DNA of 64,000 bases from Vicugna vicugna (GCA_013265495.1 MU058654.1:1-64000), one strand, 5' to 3'. Positions 48,601 to 61,987 are shown, counted from the first letter of the stretch. Numbers and translations are program-made. Notes: generated by a model from the letters alone, not told the origin.

Positions 48601-48878
48601 GGAAAAAGATTTGATCCAGCGAGAGATCACAGGGAACAGAAACTTAATCTTCAGACTCGATATTCCTGACACTTCTGGGTTCCTTGGCTGCAGACCCCAG
48701 TCCACTCTACGCCTTTAGGCAAATTAGAAAAAGATGGATCTCTTGAGCAGAAACAACCCTATGGCTAACGGACCTCTTCTTCCAGGAGAGCCCAGCCCTC
48801 TTCAGGGCTGAGGGCTTGGTGAGCCAGACTCAGGCTGGATTCTAGCCTCTACTCCCCGCTTAGCTGGGTGCTCTACTG

Positions 48879-48915
48879 CAGTGAACTCCATGCACAACTG
48901 TACAGGGAGCCCTGG
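48879..48915. mobile_element. MER91-like (hAT-Tip100) terminal fragment
   Basis: Reverse complement cagggctccctgtacagttgtgcatggagttcactg. Confidence 0.45.
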
Positions 48916-49584
48916 CCATGGAGAACACTCTCCTCCCCTTCTCTCTTCTGCCTCCTTCAAAACAGGATGTGTCCTGCTCGGGCACGGAATACAGCACTAT
49001 TAGAGTAGTACCACTTAATACATTTTTATGGGCAAGGAGTGATCTGCTCTAGACTTCCACTTTGGGTACAACTCACACAACTACACATTTCCCGGGAACC
49101 TTTCCATTTTTTTGTTACAAAGCTCCATCTTCTCTCCACCCCACCAATCCTGCTGTCTGGAATTCTCTTTCTTATTCATCAGAATTCTCTCTGTTCCACC
49201 TTTTTGGGGGGGGCACTCTGACCCTTATCTCTCGGAGCATGTGCAAGGTACAAAGAGCTCCCTGGCCACGATCAACAATAAATAAATCCCAGAGGCAGCA
49301 CTGAATTGCCATAGTTTTATTTCAATCATCATTCTCTCCTGCTTTACCCTCACTCTCAAAGTGTGAAGAAACCTGATGTTGTGGGGAACCCAGATGAATG
49401 TGTTCAGTGAGCAGAGATATAATTCTCATGCTATTTCTTTGGGACATTAGAGGGCTAAGGTGCAAGAGAGCCTCTCTTTTTAGGTCTGGGAGGGGCACAT
49501 GAGCTGTTTGCTTTAAAAGGTGCTGTTGAGAATTAATCAGAATGAAACACAGGTTTTCACTCTCTGGGGGAAAGGTTAGACCCA

Positions 49585-49790
49585 GAAGTGAGGTCGATCT
49601 GAGACTAAATCTTGGTTTGTTACAAATGCATGGGAGTGAGCCACAGTTCATCTTGCACCTCAGTTTTCTCGTCTGCAAAATGGGATTGACAGCGCCCCCT
49701 GCTGGCCTTGTGTGGGAACAAAGGCATGTGGCATATTTTCAGAGGATGTTAGATTCCTGGCTCTGCTCTGTCCAGAGTCTCTTGTTTCTT
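49585..49790 (+). mobile_element. MIR SINE relic
   Basis: MIR core cctcagttttctcgtctgcaaaatgggat. Confidence 0.75.
49690..49707 (-). promoter_or_regulatory. CTCF-binding motif
   Basis: Minus strand GGCCAGCAGGGGGCGCTG, a near-perfect match to the CTCF core CCASYAGRKGGCRS with its CpG retained. Confidence 0.7.
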
Positions 49791-52734
49791 TATGGCATTT
49801 CTTCCTCTTCAACTTTCCCTCTTGCCAATGGCGCCACCCTTCTTCCCTGCTTCTCTTCTGGTCTCTCCTTGTCCTCCTCTTCTCCCATTTTCCCAAAAGG
49901 AAAGCATTATCTTTTTTTTTTTTTTTTTAGCCACCTTGTTCTTTAGAGAATTTTCTTGTGCAGGATGATGTCACAGCCCTTCCTCTCCTGTGAAAAGAAC
50001 CATTTTGATCAAGACAAAACCACCGTGGGATCCCAGGAAAGGTCATCTGGAGCCACCATGTGTAGAACCAGCCCCACAAAGAGACCGCCCTTCACCAAGA
50101 ACTTTTGAATTGAAAAGAATGTTTCTATTCACCACCACATCTTTCCAACTTAACAAGCGGAAGTTAAAAGACTCACATGTGAACTCGAGGATCGTCACAC
50201 TTTACATATTTTGCTTCACCGTAACCCTAGAACAGTGAACTCTTCCTGGAAAAAGGCTTTTATGGCCATTTCAAGAGAAATACCCTGCAACTGATTAAGG
50301 ACCTGACCCAGCTGCAAAGCAAGGGATGAGATTTTTGGGGTGATTTTCCCCCTGAGGTTATAGTCCTTGGGTCAGTAAAAAAAAGTATTTGTGTCTAATA
50401 GCTTTATACTGATTAAAAGAAAGTAAGATTCTACCCCTCCACCCCCAACTCCATCCAAAACCCTTTTGGGGCCAACTCAAACCTTGCAGGTGAACAAATT
50501 CAGTATTTTTTCACAGTATTAAAATACATTTCTTTCCTTACAGTTAAAAAATATATACCCTGGATTGAGTATCTGGACATTATTATGTAGATCTGCAATA
50601 GAAATAAGATTGTGCCCGGGTTGAGTTGGGAGAAAATATTTATCATTTCTGGTTCTACCTCTCTCCTGGTTGCTTTTCTTTTTCTGCCCTACACTCCTCC
50701 TCCTTCTCAGCCCCGCCAGATACTCAGAATTGTGGTAAGCACCTCTGACAGAGCCCCAGAAAATCACAGCGGCTTTTCCAAGAACCAAGATCTTCCGATG
50801 AATTGCTATGTCAGTCCAGTTAAATGGTGAAATTCCAGCAGCTCTACTCCAAAGCTGTTTATTCAAACATATTTATAAAGCAAACACCAAAAAACCACCC
50901 GAAGTCAGATGCTCACACACACAAATACCTCAGCAGCCCATACTGACCTGACAATCACCTTGGCTGCTATATTTTACATTATTCAAAATGCAATAATTAG
51001 TGCCTATTAAAGGAAATTTTAAAAAGCATCTCTACCTGGAAACAAATTCGTGAAATCAGTATGTTCAGTTTTCTAAGACTCAGTGCTGTAAGGGAAAACC
51101 CCTGCTGTCAGTTGATACCATGTAGCAGTCGCGGTGACTCTTGTCAGCCACACGATATCAACAAATGGCTTTTAGTTTTTCTATAACAGGGAGACAAACT
51201 TCATCAGGATTCTGGGAGGGAGGTGAGCTGGAAAGCAAACCATCTCAGATTTTAATAATTTACTGCCTAGGTTTGCATTTCCTTTTCTAGTTTAATTTGG
51301 TTGTTTGTTTTTGTTTTTGGATGCAGGGTAAAATGTACTCATCTGTCAGGATGAAGCCATGTTCTTTCTCCTTCCCCACGGATGATCATTTCAGTCCATC
51401 CCTGTAGATTCTGCAAACTTCAATTCTCTAGTACGTCCACTAGGATGTAGGTATCCAACTCTTATTTTTCTCTGGAAGGAGAAACATTATTCAGAGTGAC
51501 TGACATTTCCAAAAGCAGAGAATGATTTAACGGGGAGGGCAGGCTGGATTCCCTAGGCTCTACCCAAATTGTCCCTTTGGGCTCACGATGTCGTTTTATA
51601 AAAATAAAAAATGTATTCAAATAATATACTCTGAGAAGATAGTGAACCCAAAGCCCGGAGTCGTAACTGCAGAATTTAAACTGACAGCAGTGGGATTTCT
51701 TTATACACAAGAGTCAATTAAAATTATGAAATTGGGTCCAGGGTAGGTTCAGGGCATTAACATTCAGAAACTCTTTGACGTTTGCAGCAGACGTGCGCCA
51801 GGCACTCCCTCCAGGACACCTTTTAGTTCATCAGTTAAGCTTGCCTCTCTTTTCTCTTGATTTCAAAATAAGGAGCTCAATGTCTTTGCTTCATCTTGCA
51901 AGGCTGATTAGCTGGCTAATGGGCCATCTTTCCATGGCTTCAGTTTTCTCATATTTCATTAAATGCACAAGACTTCTGTATCGCCACTTGCTCTCCGGAG
52001 AACACTAGTTTCTCAGTTTTTTCCTTCAGGAACACAGAAGTATTTATGTCTCTTCTCTGTTTTCTAGAGACAATTCTAGAGAATTGCATAACACTTTTAG
52101 TCCTCAAGTCACTGACAAATGCCTAGCCCATTAAAATAAGTCCTGCGTTTGGTTTCAATTCCCCCACATCCTGAGCTGGAGCCAAGATAAGCGTCAGGGG
52201 CAAGTGAAGCCACAGGTCTCCCTGGTCCCCGGTCACTGTTTGCTCTGCCTTGCCAAAGCGAGGGGCATTGTTCCGCCGTCCAAATGGAAACTTTCACCTG
52301 AAGCCTTCTCACGGTCCCTTCAGAGCTTCCCCATGCCCTGAAGTCATCCCACAGTTCATGGAATGTGTGTTTGAAGCAATCGATGCAACAACTCTGTAAG
52401 GTAAGCACAAACTATATAACCCTTTGTGCGTACTAAAGATGAAAGGTTCAAAATTCAGTAAAAAATTACAACATAGCTGTAATTGACAAAGCTTGGGCTT
52501 CATTCCATGTAATTTAGTGTCGTTTATCCTATGCTCTTTAATATCACTCCTAATTTGAAAATTCTTCAGGGTCCAGCTTGCCTTTTTGTCCATAATATGT
52601 ATTAAAATCCATTTTTTATATTATTATAGTTTTACCAGTGGTTCACAAATCTGATCAATCCTTTGTAATGGTTTAAGACATCAAGTATGACAAGATAATT
52701 GATCACATTATGTGAACAGTGTAAAAGTTAAGAG

Positions 52735-52860
52735 AATAGACTTGAGCATCAGACGGCTTGGGTTAGAATTCTGGATTTTTTAAAATGTGTTTGTGCCTCA
52801 GTTTCTCATATATAAAAAAGATAGTGGTATTTTTTTCACAAGATTACTGCTTTATTAATT
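52735..52860 (+). mobile_element. MIR relic
   Basis: gagcatcagacggcttgggttagaattctgg...gtgcctcagtttctcatatataaaa. Confidence 0.65.
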
Positions 52861-53814
52861 AATTTTTAGAAAATTCACACCTGTTTTATAAACTAAAACT
52901 TTCCATCTGCGATGGCAAATTCTATTCTGTAAATTGTCTCATAGCTAACAAACAGCCCAGTTCAAGCATGGTAACTGGGATCATACAACTCACACGTGTC
53001 TGTCCTGTAGTGAATGACTCGGTTGCCTCTCAGGTACATGTCTCCATCCAAAGAAGGAACACTAATTCCCACAAGCACCAGGGCAAGAGTCACATTATTT
53101 CTGGGACCTCAGGTCCTATACAAGCTCTGAATGAAATTATCTAAATAAGACACCCCCAAGATGAGTCCCAGGGTTCTTCTACTATGGGGGTAACATAGGG
53201 ACGTACTCACGAATTTGGATAAATAGAGAAAGATAAATGACAGCAAGTGGTTTTATAGGCTCGAGCAGTGCTCTAGTGCTTGCTAGAGAAGTACGTGGGT
53301 ACAAGCATCAGGCTTGCTGTTGCTTTCAGCATTTATTATTATTTAATCAATACATTTTAAACATATAAGGACTGCTTCACACCACGCATGCCCTGTTTTC
53401 AATGTCACATTAAAAGAAATATACCAAAAATGTGTGCCTTAGAGAATAATAACAAAGTAACTCCTATGGATTTGCCTAAAAGCTAACCCTCCCATGGAGA
53501 CACGCTCATTAAATTACAGTTCAGAGAACTGAAAAATCTTGGAGTTATCTGCAGTACCATGTATGACTGTCTTCCACTTGAGCACAGCAAGGAGTCCGAA
53601 ATTTTATGTTTGTCCCTTCCCGTAAAAAATCCTATGTGGGATTTTGAAATAACATATTAAAGAGAAAAATCAAAGGAAAACATGTAAAAATAGGTTATTT
53701 TAAAAGGATGATGACCAACTGAACAATCATGGTGGTACAATTCATTCATTTTGTTTCCAAACAGGTGCTAATGTGGTATTTTCATCATCACCATATCCAC
53801 ACTCGATATACATA

Positions 53815-53841
53815 TGTGTGTGTGTGTGTGTGTGTGTGTGT
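53815..53841. repeat. (TG)13 microsatellite
   Basis: Direct reading. Confidence 0.95.
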
Positions 53842-54117
53842 ATTTTTAACCCATTAGAATTTTCCCTCATTTTACTCAAAGAAAATAATCCCAGTGAGTG
53901 AAATATTTTAGTGAATCCTTGTCTATCTGAAGAACATTTTTCTTTATCAGGTCTATAGATTCTGAAAAGAAACCACTTTATGAAGAGCAAATGTTTTTAA
54001 AATGATGAAGTACAAGAATTGTGACAATTGAAGGATTCTGACTGACCACGTCTTCTGCTTCCCTGGGAAACACATGACACCTGTACTGGGCAAGGATGGA
54101 GGCAGGGGTGGGTGGGG

Positions 54118-54312
54118 ACAAGGAACACCAAGGATCGCTGTGCCACTAAAACCTAGGAGAGGCATGGGACCTCCCTCAGGACCTCCAGAAGAGCAAACCT
54201 ACCCACACCTCTATCTTGAACTTCTAGCCTCCAAAACTGAGAAGACAATTATTGTTGTTTTTAGCTACCACGTTTGTGGTATTTTTGTCCAGTGGCCCTG
54301 GGAAACTAATAA
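54118..54312 (+). mobile_element. MLT1 (MaLR) LTR 3' half
   Basis: caaggaacaccaagga...gaacttctagcctccaaaactgag...ccacgtttgtggtatttttgtccagtggccctgggaaactaata. Confidence 0.8.
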
Positions 54313-54769
54313 AGTAAATAACATTATTTTAGACATCATATTTTTTTCCTTATTCTTCAAGAAAAGAACCCTGAAAAGTGAAAATGTCAGTGGTGCCTCA
54401 ATTTCTTTGTATGTGTCTCTAATAAATAAAATCAAATGGACTGCATGCTACCACGTAAAAAAAAATGTTTGATTGTATATAAAAATTTATTTTATCAAAT
54501 ATAATTAAAGAGTAATTTGTGCATTTAGGGAAGCCACATTTCCATTTCCTAAGTCTAGATGTCTCTTAGGCATTTGGAAATTAGCAGGAGATCAATTATA
54601 GCATAGGTCTACAAATTTGCAATGATAATTCATAGAGAAATGGGATTTCAAACAAAATATCCAATCCTGCAAATCTAACACTTTATCTTAAAGACAGTTA
54701 AGCAATTCAGTTGCGGGGGGACTGTGTAGCTGTTAAGATCGGGGGGACTCGGAAGATTCTAGAACTCTT

Positions 54770-54975
54770 CTATCTGAATTAAAATCTGCGCTCCCCGATT
54801 TTAGCCATGACAACTTGGACAAGTCAATTAACCTGTCTATAACTCAATTCCCATTTTCATAAAAATGGAAATGATAGCTATCTCACTGGGCTATGGTGAA
54901 GATTAAATGAGCACATACGTGTAAAGGGCTTAAGAACAGTGTCCAGCCTGGATTAAGCTTTGATGGTTCCTATTA
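54770..54975 (+). mobile_element. MIR relic
   Basis: ttggacaagtcaattaacctgtctataactcaattcccattttcataaaaatggaaatgata...gtgaagattaaatgag. Confidence 0.75.
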
Positions 54976-57029
54976 TGAGGGTGACTGCATAACTTACCCT
55001 GTTCTTCTGGGGAACTGTGACGCTAGGTGAGGCTCTGCTCTAATTAACTTGGGTCATGTGATCTCAGTGTCCCGGGGAGCCTGAAGCAGATGATAACAGA
55101 CGTTTTAATCGTTCTATGAACAGAAAAAAGTTCATCACGAAAGGACTAATATGACTTTGCATTAAGTTTTATTAACTTCCTTAGAAAGTCCTTATGGGTT
55201 TCCAGGTCTGCAGTCTTTTCTCTGCAATTATGAAATCCAAACAACTCTGAACTCCAAAAGCTGTGAAGTTTTTGTTCAATAGTGTTTTGTTTTGTTTTGT
55301 TTCTTCCATAAAACTGCAAAACTCTGAAAGCAACTGGGACAACTTACTGTCTTTATTTATTCCACTTAGTAAGAATATCATGATGTTCCACAGCCTGAAA
55401 TGGTAATGCTAATTCTAGCTGGGGGCACCGTATTTCCTTTCCAAAGTCAGAAATACTCTTAATTCAAGATACACCTTGCTGTAAAGCTTTCTGCTAAGGA
55501 AATGTGAACCTGTACTTGTGTTTATTTAAATTCAACAAGTTATTGTTAAAATTCTGTTTTATGAATTGGCCAACTTATTAGGCATTATTATATTCAATTA
55601 AAAATAAATTTGACATAATTTGTGTGTGTCAGGAAAAAAAACATTGAAATTACTGGAGGAGGTAAGCACATAAGCTTTTATCTGTTACACAAAGCACATT
55701 GTCTAATTGACGGAAATATAAACACTGAAGTTTGGGCATGAGAATTTATCAGGGAGGGCTGCATGGAAGAGGAGTCATTTGACCCAGGTTTTGAAAGATG
55801 ATTAGGATTTTATTAAACCAAAAAGGATGGAGACAGAAACACGTTTGAGATGTTCAAGACATGGCAAATGGTATGACTGAAGCAAAGACAGATGACGAAA
55901 AGGAGTAAAACCTACTGGAAAGATTAATTTCTGGGGCCTGAGAAGAAAAATAATATTTTAACTTTTACAGAAGGTAGTTCTTTCCCCTGTTACTGAGAGA
56001 AGGAAAAAAAGACAGTTTTGGGTAGATCTTTCATGAAAAATTTCTTTTCTAATAAAATTACATATTGTGAATGGCAGAATGTGACATTCCTGATTTGATC
56101 TTCTGAGACTGCAGAGAGAAGTAACAAAAAGATAGAACCTTTAAACCCTGTGCATTATCATTTCATGGGAGATATGGGGCACCGGATACAGAGCTTTGTT
56201 CCTCGGGGTGGAAAGCTTGCAGAGTAACCAGCTTGTCTGCTGCCGCGGACAGTGTGAAGCCAGCCTTTTGGGACCAGAAGGTAGTTTCCTGTTTCTGGAA
56301 ATACTAGAGTAACCCTGTTCCCACCCGTGTGCCATACAGGAGGGTGATTTTTCTATTCGATCAAGGAAACAGGCACATGGGCAGCCCAGGTAGCCAGGCC
56401 ATCACGGGTCCCCTTGTCTTATAAACTGTAATCCGAGTGGATGGGGGAAAGTGAGGGCGCTTCTTGTATTAAGTGAGCTTCTTTCGCTTTTGAGGACTGG
56501 GAACCAAATTAAACCAGCAATAAAAGTGACAGTTGTGGGTACGACCTTTGAATATTCAGTGTAGAAATCAAGGGTCTCAAAGGATCACAAGAATGTATAC
56601 TACCTGGCCTCAGAGGGGACCGCCCTGGGAATAAGGGAGCCCAGACAGCGTGTTCCTCCTTTTGCTTGCCTCTTAGTTGTCTGCATCTACTTTCTTCTTT
56701 CGTCTGGGCAAACCAGCTGTCTGCTTCCTGCTTCTCAGCCTTCACAGTAGAAGATGACTGTCCCAGAATCTCCAAATTGCCTATTTCTCACCACCAGTTG
56801 CACAGAGGGTTAACTGGTTTTCTCTGCATTCCATTCCCAAAACCCAAAATCCAGAGAGATCTGGAGAGACAGCTTGACAAGTGTCTACTATAATTATTTT
56901 CTTAAATTAGTTGGTTCTTTGGATGATATTGGGTGAATAATATCAAAGCACAGTTTCTCTTTTGCCAAATCCTCACTGTGTATATAAGTCAACTTGTTGT
57001 GCAGTATTGACGTAAAAGCAGATTTTGGT

Positions 57030-57260
57030 GGTAGGCAGACCTGTGTGCCAGTCTGGCTTTCCAGTTTAGGACTGTGTGTTTTTTTTATCAAGTTCCTTAA
57101 TCCCTTCTAGTCTCAGTTTCTGCAGCTGTAAAATGAAGACAATCATGCCAACCATATAGGGCTGTACACATATAAAATGAAAAAGTGCAAACAAAATAAT
57201 CAAAATAAAATACTCAACATAGTATCTGGCAAAAAGCAGTTGCTCAATTAATAGTGATTA
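57030..57260 (+). mobile_element. MIR relic
   Basis: caagttccttaatcccttctagtctcagtttctgcagctgtaaaatgaagacaat. Confidence 0.7.
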
Positions 57261-59124
57261 GTGAAAATATTGTTTATTTGGAATATACAATATTATTATT
57301 ATAAATTTTTGAACCAAACTCATTATTAGCACTGGCCTCACATTGATATTCCAGTGGTCAATCCGGGAGATTCACATATTCTAATAAGATGCAGTGATGG
57401 GATTAAGCTAATTCCATTACTCATTTACCTCTCCTATGTGCCGTCTCCACACACCAAAAAAGGATAAACTGCAATGAAATGGAAGAGTCGCCCTGGCAGG
57501 TAAAGACAGGATATTGGCCATATTCTCTGGTTAAATACTGTAAGAAAAGTCAAAAGCAGATTATCAAAATTCAACTGGAAACAAGAGTACCCAATTCACT
57601 CTGTTGACTCACTGACATTCTCAGAGAGGGAGCAAGCAGCGACCCTTCACCACATGAGCTCAACCCAGAGCAAAAAAGAGGTAACATCGAGTAAACATTT
57701 TTTAAAGGGAAAATGTCTTTTACACCATATAAGCTTTGAGCTGTCACAAGTTTAAAAAAGAAAAAGGAAGAAGCCAAGAAGACGAGTGAAAGATGAGGAT
57801 GTACAGGCATAACCAGTGCTTTCTGTTTCCTCTGTGCTCCAGGATGCAGCCAGGACAAGTCTCAGGTCTCAGAGTGAATTTTCTAGTTACCAGGGATGAT
57901 GCATTCGGTTGGCCGTGGTGACGGATGGTTGGGATTAGTGGTCCTGAGTGTGATTAATAAGGCTGCTCTGTCTCTGACGGAGTAGGAATGGCACCACTAA
58001 AACTGAATGGAGGCGATCCTACTAAAATCTGTCAGGGATGCTCCTTGGGGGAAAATAAAATGGTACGAAGGATGTACCAGGAGTAGAAGCGTCCGTTCAC
58101 CAGCTGGAGCCACATAGATCAAACAAAGCAGGATGGCAAGGTCCCATTAGCCAGAAGAACCTTGTGCTTCTCTCTTGGTCTTCTTAACAATGAACAAGGC
58201 TGGATTCCCTCCTTCCTTCCACCGAGGCATGTGTTTGCTAAGTAGCACCACGTGTGTTCCACGTACGTACTTGTGTGTACTCTAATCTACACGGACGGAA
58301 GAAGAAAATTAAAATAATAACACATTCGCCACTGAGTACATTTTTGTTTTAAAATTTGCCAACTGTCAGATTTGAAATGAAAAGGGAGGGGTCAATCTTT
58401 GGTCTATTAACAGCTGTGTTTAACATTCAGATCCTGGAGCCAGGGTTTTATGTGACACAGAATGGAGATACATCCTTTTATGACAGTATATCTTTCATCA
58501 CCATTAAAAGACAATAAGACTGTAGGATAGAAAAGAGGAAATATTTGAAAAATTGGGGGAGGCTGTGTCATATATGAAGAGTTAGTATCTGAGAGCTATG
58601 TTTCTGGTTAAGTCTGTATCAGGAGACTTAAAAAAAAGGTAAAATGTACCTTTGTCTATCTCTCGAAGCTTCAGAAATTGGAATGTGTAAGTCTAAAATC
58701 AGACACCTGTTTTTACTGATCGTCTGTCCCAAAGGACTGACAGCACAGAGCTTGCTCTTTTGCTAGTAGACAGAGTCGGGGGAGGGGGGGCTTATAAGAT
58801 GCTATTACTGATCAACTGCCTTGTAAAATCAATGTGGACTTTTGAGACATGTCCATACCATCTCAGCACAACATCCTTGCCTCTCAAGGATAGCGGAGTC
58901 TTGCGGAGCAACATCCTTAGTGACAATGTTATCATTCATAGTGAGGACCTGCAAGAGGCTAGGAGAGCTTCTATTAGTTCTAGAGAAAATAAACGCCACT
59001 CTGTTGGTCCAGACCTACCATTCTAAGCAGACACTCTGGAATCTTCTTCTCTTATAAATGATTATTATTTCACCATGTTTACTTAATCCCTATTTTTTTT
59101 AGTTGCAGTTAGGATAATTTAGCA

Positions 59125-59290
59125 ATGGAAATAATCTATACCTTTGTGACACTTTACAACTTACTAAGTACTCCGTACACATAATTTCACTTGAACATCA
59201 CAACTTTTTGAAATATGTTGGGCTGTTCTAATCCTTTTTCTTTTTCTTCTTGTTTTTCCCCTACAGGTTATTGAAGTCTGGGAGAAGGAA
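59125..59290 (-). mobile_element. MIR relic
   Basis: aataatctatacctttgtgacactttac...ataatttcacttgaacatcacaact. Confidence 0.55.
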
Positions 59291-61460
59291 TGGAGAAAAG
59301 TTGAAGACTCTTATGCCCAGGAGATGGAGATGATCTGAGATTTAGAAGTTGCTCAAGGGTAAGTTAAAGGATGGAGTAAGTAAGGTGTTGATTCTGGGAT
59401 GATTTTATGTTTTGACTTTCAACCGGTTACTCCAGCATCTTATAGATGGAATTCGCATTTTGCCTACATGATGGAGATGTAGTGGTCACTTGCTATAACT
59501 GGGGTAATATCCCTTTTCTTACAGGTCTGGAGTGTGCTTAACAAAATGTTTATACTCGTTATTCATTTGTTTGTGCATTTCTTTGTAAACACAATTAAAC
59601 ACAATTACAAACCTCATTCTTGTCAGATACAACCCTTTGTAACTGTAAGATCAGATCAAATCCACAAGAGAGCAACACGCAGCAGGTGACTTTTATTAAA
59701 TACCAGATTCTAAAGATACAAGCAGATTCTGCCAAAAAGCTGTCCCTGTGTCAAACTCAGGTATGTGCTTAATTTTTGTAAACACATTTTTGTGCTTTGT
59801 TAAGTCCAAAATAGTTGACATACAGTTACTCTTTCAAGTGATAGAAATATAAAGGTTTACTTTTAAATTTTTAAGTGAGTAAAGATATATAAATATATAT
59901 GATTTTAAAGAATCGGTAACTACCTACCATACACCAATTATCAATCAGTGTCTATATTTCTAAATTAAATTCTTGATTTCCACATCACCACTAAACGCTG
60001 ATGCATTCTTATGCTACAGTTATCACAGAAAAACATCTCACCCCTGCTAACCCTCAGGGGTTTAATACACATAGAAAAGAAGACAGAATTTGTTCTGCAG
60101 GAGATGCCAGCCAATCTCATTGTGGCCCCATTCCATTCACTCATCGTGGTGGCCCAGGCATGGTGAGGCAGAGGTACTGTGTTGGAGTAAGTGTGGAGGG
60201 GACTCGGTGTCCAAGTGTCCAAGGTGGTCAGAATGTTTATTCTAGTCTGGGTGGGTCTGTATGGCATGTCTAGATTTGTCACAGTGCCACCAGTAAGAGA
60301 CCCAAACCTGTACAGAGATCAGCCTGCTTTCTCTCTCTCTCTTTTTTTTTTTTTCCTCACACCGCCATCCCTTAATCCATGCGCACAGCTATGCTGGCTT
60401 TACAGAAGCGAAGGCAGATGGTCACAGAAACACAACTCCAGAACCAGCCCGAGCCAGAAAGGCCCAAGGTGGTGACAGTCAACTGCCCTGAACGGGTTCC
60501 AGCCCACCACAAGGTCAGTGCCTGCACGGATGAGACCCCAAGTGTCCAAAAGTTGCCTTTGCCCCATGCGCGATCTCTGCCCCAAAGCGGGGACTTGCAC
60601 TTTGCCAGGCACAACGAGAGCCACGTGCAAGGGAATCCAAAGGGCTGCACGTGCCCCAGGTGTTTCTGGAAGTCGCTGCTGCTTCTGAATTCTGATGGTG
60701 CCCTTACCTCTTAGCCCTTAGACGCTTCCCTCCCTGAGAGAGAAAGGGTCCTTAGAACATAAGCGCTCCCTTCCACATTCTCTGATCAGCTAAACAAGTT
60801 TCTGCTCTGCTTTGCTGAACCCAGTCTAGATCAATTTTCATGAGCGGCACTGTGCTAGGAAACAACCCATCAGAGTCAATAACAATAGTATTGACCATCC
60901 TTTTCTCCAAAATTTTTTCTTGGACAAAGTACTAATCTTCAGACAGTGAGTAGAACTTCAGGGCTGATTTAGCCCATATGTATGTGTGGCAAGTAGTGGA
61001 AGAGAGGCTTCTATAGGAACTGGGGGGAGGGGGTGGTCCCAGTGCCTCAGGCGTTTGCCACCGCCAAACAACCTACACCTTAGAGGAGCCACCCCGAGCA
61101 TGGGAAGTGTGCCACTGCCGGGTCCCTACCCAAGGTCCAAGCCGCCACTTCTAACTCAGGTTCTCCATAAGTCCTCATCTCAGAGGGACCCTTTTTCTCT
61201 CCCCTCAGGCAGCCTCAGGTCCTTTGGTCAGCAAGGGTCTCTGTGACATGGCTTCGGGGCTGGTCACCCATCACCTTTAGCAAAATTGTTTTCTTTGTAG
61301 CTCTACCACTGACACACTAAAAAATCTTGGGCAAATTACCTAGACATGTCTGAGCTTCAGTTTCCTCACCTATAAATAAAACAGATAATAATAAACCGTA
61401 TATTATTCTGAAGGAAGTAAGTATCATGTTCTAAAATGAGTAAACTCAATAAATGGATTC

Positions 61461-61620
61461 CACACAGGGAAATATATACAAGATCTTGTGGTGGCTCACA
61501 GTGAAAAAAAAAATGTGACAATGAATATATGTATGTTCATGTATAACTGAAAAATTGTGCTCTACACTGGAATTTGACACAACATTGTAAAATGACTATA
61601 ACTCAATAAAAAATGTTAAA
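61461..61620 (+). mobile_element. 160-bp L1 3' terminal insertion nested in a MIR (MIR ~61325-61450)
   Basis: cacagggaaatatatacaagatcttg...ctcaataaaaaatgttaaa. Perfect 10-bp TSD aaatggattc (61451-61460, 61621-61630). Confidence 0.92.
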
Positions 61621-61671
61621 AAATGGATTCTATTGACTTAAGTCACCATTAGCATGAAACTATAAAATGTA

Positions 61672-61690
61672 TGTGTGTGTGTGTGTGTGT
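61672..61690. repeat. (TG)9 microsatellite
   Basis: Direct reading. Confidence 0.9.
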
Positions 61691-61987
61691 ATTGCTCTAT
61701 AGGTTAGTCTAGTATTTTCCTCTCAATGCATGTTTGTTTATTACATGGAGCTACACTTGATAAACACGCATAAATAAGTGTTGGGAAAAGTAAGAAAACC
61801 ATCCTAGTGGGTCCAAAGGGACATGTAACAAAATACCCCATGCAGATGCATTGGTATTGGCTATAATTCAGTCATCCTCATTCAGAGTGTTATACTGTAC
61901 GACAAATGGTAGACCTGATTATCATTACCTTCACTGACTCTCATTTTCACTAAGGTTTTTTTTTAATTGAATCACATAATTTTATTA

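Noticed and set aside
60379..60714. 111-aa ATG ORF after a polypyrimidine tract
   Set aside because: No recognisable homology; overlapping ORFs on both strands reflect locally higher GC.
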